Assembly (NCBI GenBank): GCA_001819395.1
Contig: MHMQ01000011.1
Coordinates: forward strand, 1 to 42,661
Direction: 5' to 3'
From: Candidatus Niyogibacteria bacterium RIFCSPLOWO2_01_FULL_45_48
Lineage (GTDB): Bacteria > Patescibacteriota > Minisyncoccia > HO2-45-28
DNA: 42,661 bases
Positions 41,402-42,661 of this stretch are shown in pieces; position 1 is the stretch's first letter, and every line of letters begins with the position of its first letter. The notes under the pieces are model-generated. The model saw only the letters and a list, made by a program, of their open reading frames with translations. It had not been told where the DNA came from and did not search any database. Both the position numbers and the translations under genes were made by a program.

Positions 41402-42544
41402 ATGCTTAAAGAAGAGGTGAAGCAGGTTCGCGGCCTAATGATGGATTTTGTGCGGGATATTCCAAAAGAAGAAATAGATTCTCTTGAAAAAGAACACGAA
41501 ATGCCGCTGGATCGTATCGGCATGTTGGGCGACCGAGGGATGATGGGCCTTTCCGTTCCGCTTGAATACGGCGGCGCCGGATTTTGCACGACAGAGCTGC
41601 TCACAGTGGGCGAGCCGCTTGCGGAAGCGTGGTCAAGCTTGTATCTGATTTGGCTTGTTCAAAACTCCATTGCCGTTTTACCCGTTCTTTTGTTCGGAAA
41701 TAACGAACAAAAAGAGTTTTGGCTGCCAAGGTTTGCCAACGGAGAACTGGGGTGTTTTTGCCTTACCGAGCCCTCCTGCGGAAGCGACGTTGCTTCATTG
41801 AAAATTTCGGCGAAAGAAACCGAGGACGACTTTATTCTTAACGGCACGAAGCGTTTTATAACCAACGCCATAAATGGCAAAATGGCGACAGTTTTTGCAA
41901 GAACGGGTGCCAAGGGCTCCGGCTCAAAGGGAATAAGCGCATTTATTTTAGACCTTTCAACTCCGGGTATAATTCTGGGTTCAGCCGAGAAAAAAATTGC
42001 TCTTCATGCCTCTCCAATTTGTGATGTTATTTTTAACGAATGTCACATTCCAAAAGGGGCGCTTGTCGGAGAAAAAAACAACGGCTTTAAAATCGCGATG
42101 AGCACTTTGAACGCGGGGCGTCTCGGCGTTGCTATGCAGGCAGTCGGCCTTGCCGAAGAAGCATTAAGGCGCGCCAAAGATTACGGCGACGAAAGAATGG
42201 TCGCTGGAGGCGAAAAAAAGGTTAATGACACAGAGCAGGCGCGAAGAAAGTACGCCTGGATGCGAACGGAAATAGACGCTGTGCGAGCCCTTATTTTTGA
42301 AGCGGCCCGGCTCAAAGACGAAGGTCAGCCATTTGTTCAAAAAGCGTCCGAAGCCAAGCTGAAAGCTGCTAGAGTGGCGCTTGAGGTGACGCGCGAGGCG
42401 GTCGGTATTTTCGGCGGAAATGGTTTTATTGCCGACTATGATATTTTTAGACTGCACGCCGAGGCATTCGGAGTTTGGATCTATGAAGGAACCCAAGAAA
42501 TTCAGGAAATGATTATTTCCAAGGCCGAGTTCGGCGAACTCTAA
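41402..42544 (+). CDS. acyl-CoA dehydrogenase (short-chain/butyryl-CoA type)
   Basis: P.EYGG.G, FCLTEPSCGSD, LNGTKRFITNA, LNAGRLGVA, GGNG, IYEGT; AAGGAG SD before ATG 41402. Confidence 0.93.
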   Translation: MLKEEVKQVRGLMMDFVRDIPKEEIDSLEKEHEMPLDRIGMLGDRGMMGLSVPLEYGGAGFCTTELLTVGEPLAEAWSSLYLIWLVQNSIAVLPVLLFGNNEQKEFWLPRFANGELGCFCLTEPSCGSDVASLKISAKETEDDFILNGTKRFITNAINGKMATVFARTGAKGSGSKGISAFILDLSTPGIILGSAEKKIALHASPICDVIFNECHIPKGALVGEKNNGFKIAMSTLNAGRLGVAMQAVGLAEEALRRAKDYGDERMVAGGEKKVNDTEQARRKYAWMRTEIDAVRALIFEAARLKDEGQPFVQKASEAKLKAARVALEVTREAVGIFGGNGFIADYDIFRLHAEAFGVWIYEGTQEIQEMIISKAEFGEL

Positions 42545-42545
42545 A

Positions 42546-42582
42546 CAAAAACACCCCGGCGGGTTTTCCGTCGGGGTTTTGT
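42546..42582. terminator. bidirectional terminator-like hairpin
   Basis: ACCCCGGCGG-GTTTT-CCGTCGGGGT flanked by A- and T-runs. Confidence 0.75.
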
Positions 42583-42584
42583 CT

Positions 42585-42661
42585 TGGTGCCCGGGGGGAG
42601 AGTTGAACTCCCATGAGGTTGCCCTCGCAGGATTTTGAGTCCTGTGCGTCTGCCGGTTCCG
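42585..42661 (-). tRNA. tRNA-Leu(CAA), 5' end cut by the window edge
   Basis: Anticodon arm CAGGA-CTCAAAA-TCCTG; long variable arm GAGG-GCAA-CCTC; T arm GGGAG-TTCAACT-CTCCC; encoded 3' ACCA. Confidence 0.96.

Noticed and set aside
1-42661. CRISPR array, prophage, integrase, transposase, T-box leaders, or TGA recoding
   Set aside because: No repeat-spacer array or mobile-element genes seen; synthetase leaders are too short for T-boxes; TGA ends well-conserved genes at expected positions, consistent with code 11.

Overview
Gene-dense bacterial chromosomal window in the standard genetic code (TGA is used as a stop). Gene content and compactness suggest a Patescibacteria/CPR (Parcubacteria-like) genome; this is an inference. 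The backbone is translation genes: infC-rpmI-rplT, smpB, a tmRNA, argS, ileS, glyQS, metG, leuS, tsaC and a partial tRNA-Leu(CAA). Also present are recO, tatD, dcd, purF, glyA-folD, and a TrmB-glmS-nucleotidyltransferase-yvcK-HAD amino-sugar operon. No CRISPR array, integrase or transposase was seen. Main points of interest: (1) an IleRS with a complete histidine-phosphatase domain inserted in frame; (2) non-canonical HIGH motifs in all four class I synthetases, and altered glycine-pocket motifs in GlyRS; (3) a three-gene split ATP-citrate-lyase-like operon; (4) short palindromic and heptameric repeats lying in frame within housekeeping genes; (5) two apparent initiation modes, with leaderless-looking core genes and Shine-Dalgarno-led accessory genes; (6) catabolic enzymes unexpected in this lineage (tyrosine phenol-lyase, a P5C-dehydrogenase-like ALDH, an acyl-CoA dehydrogenase). 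All assignments come from reading motifs by eye; no database searches were run.
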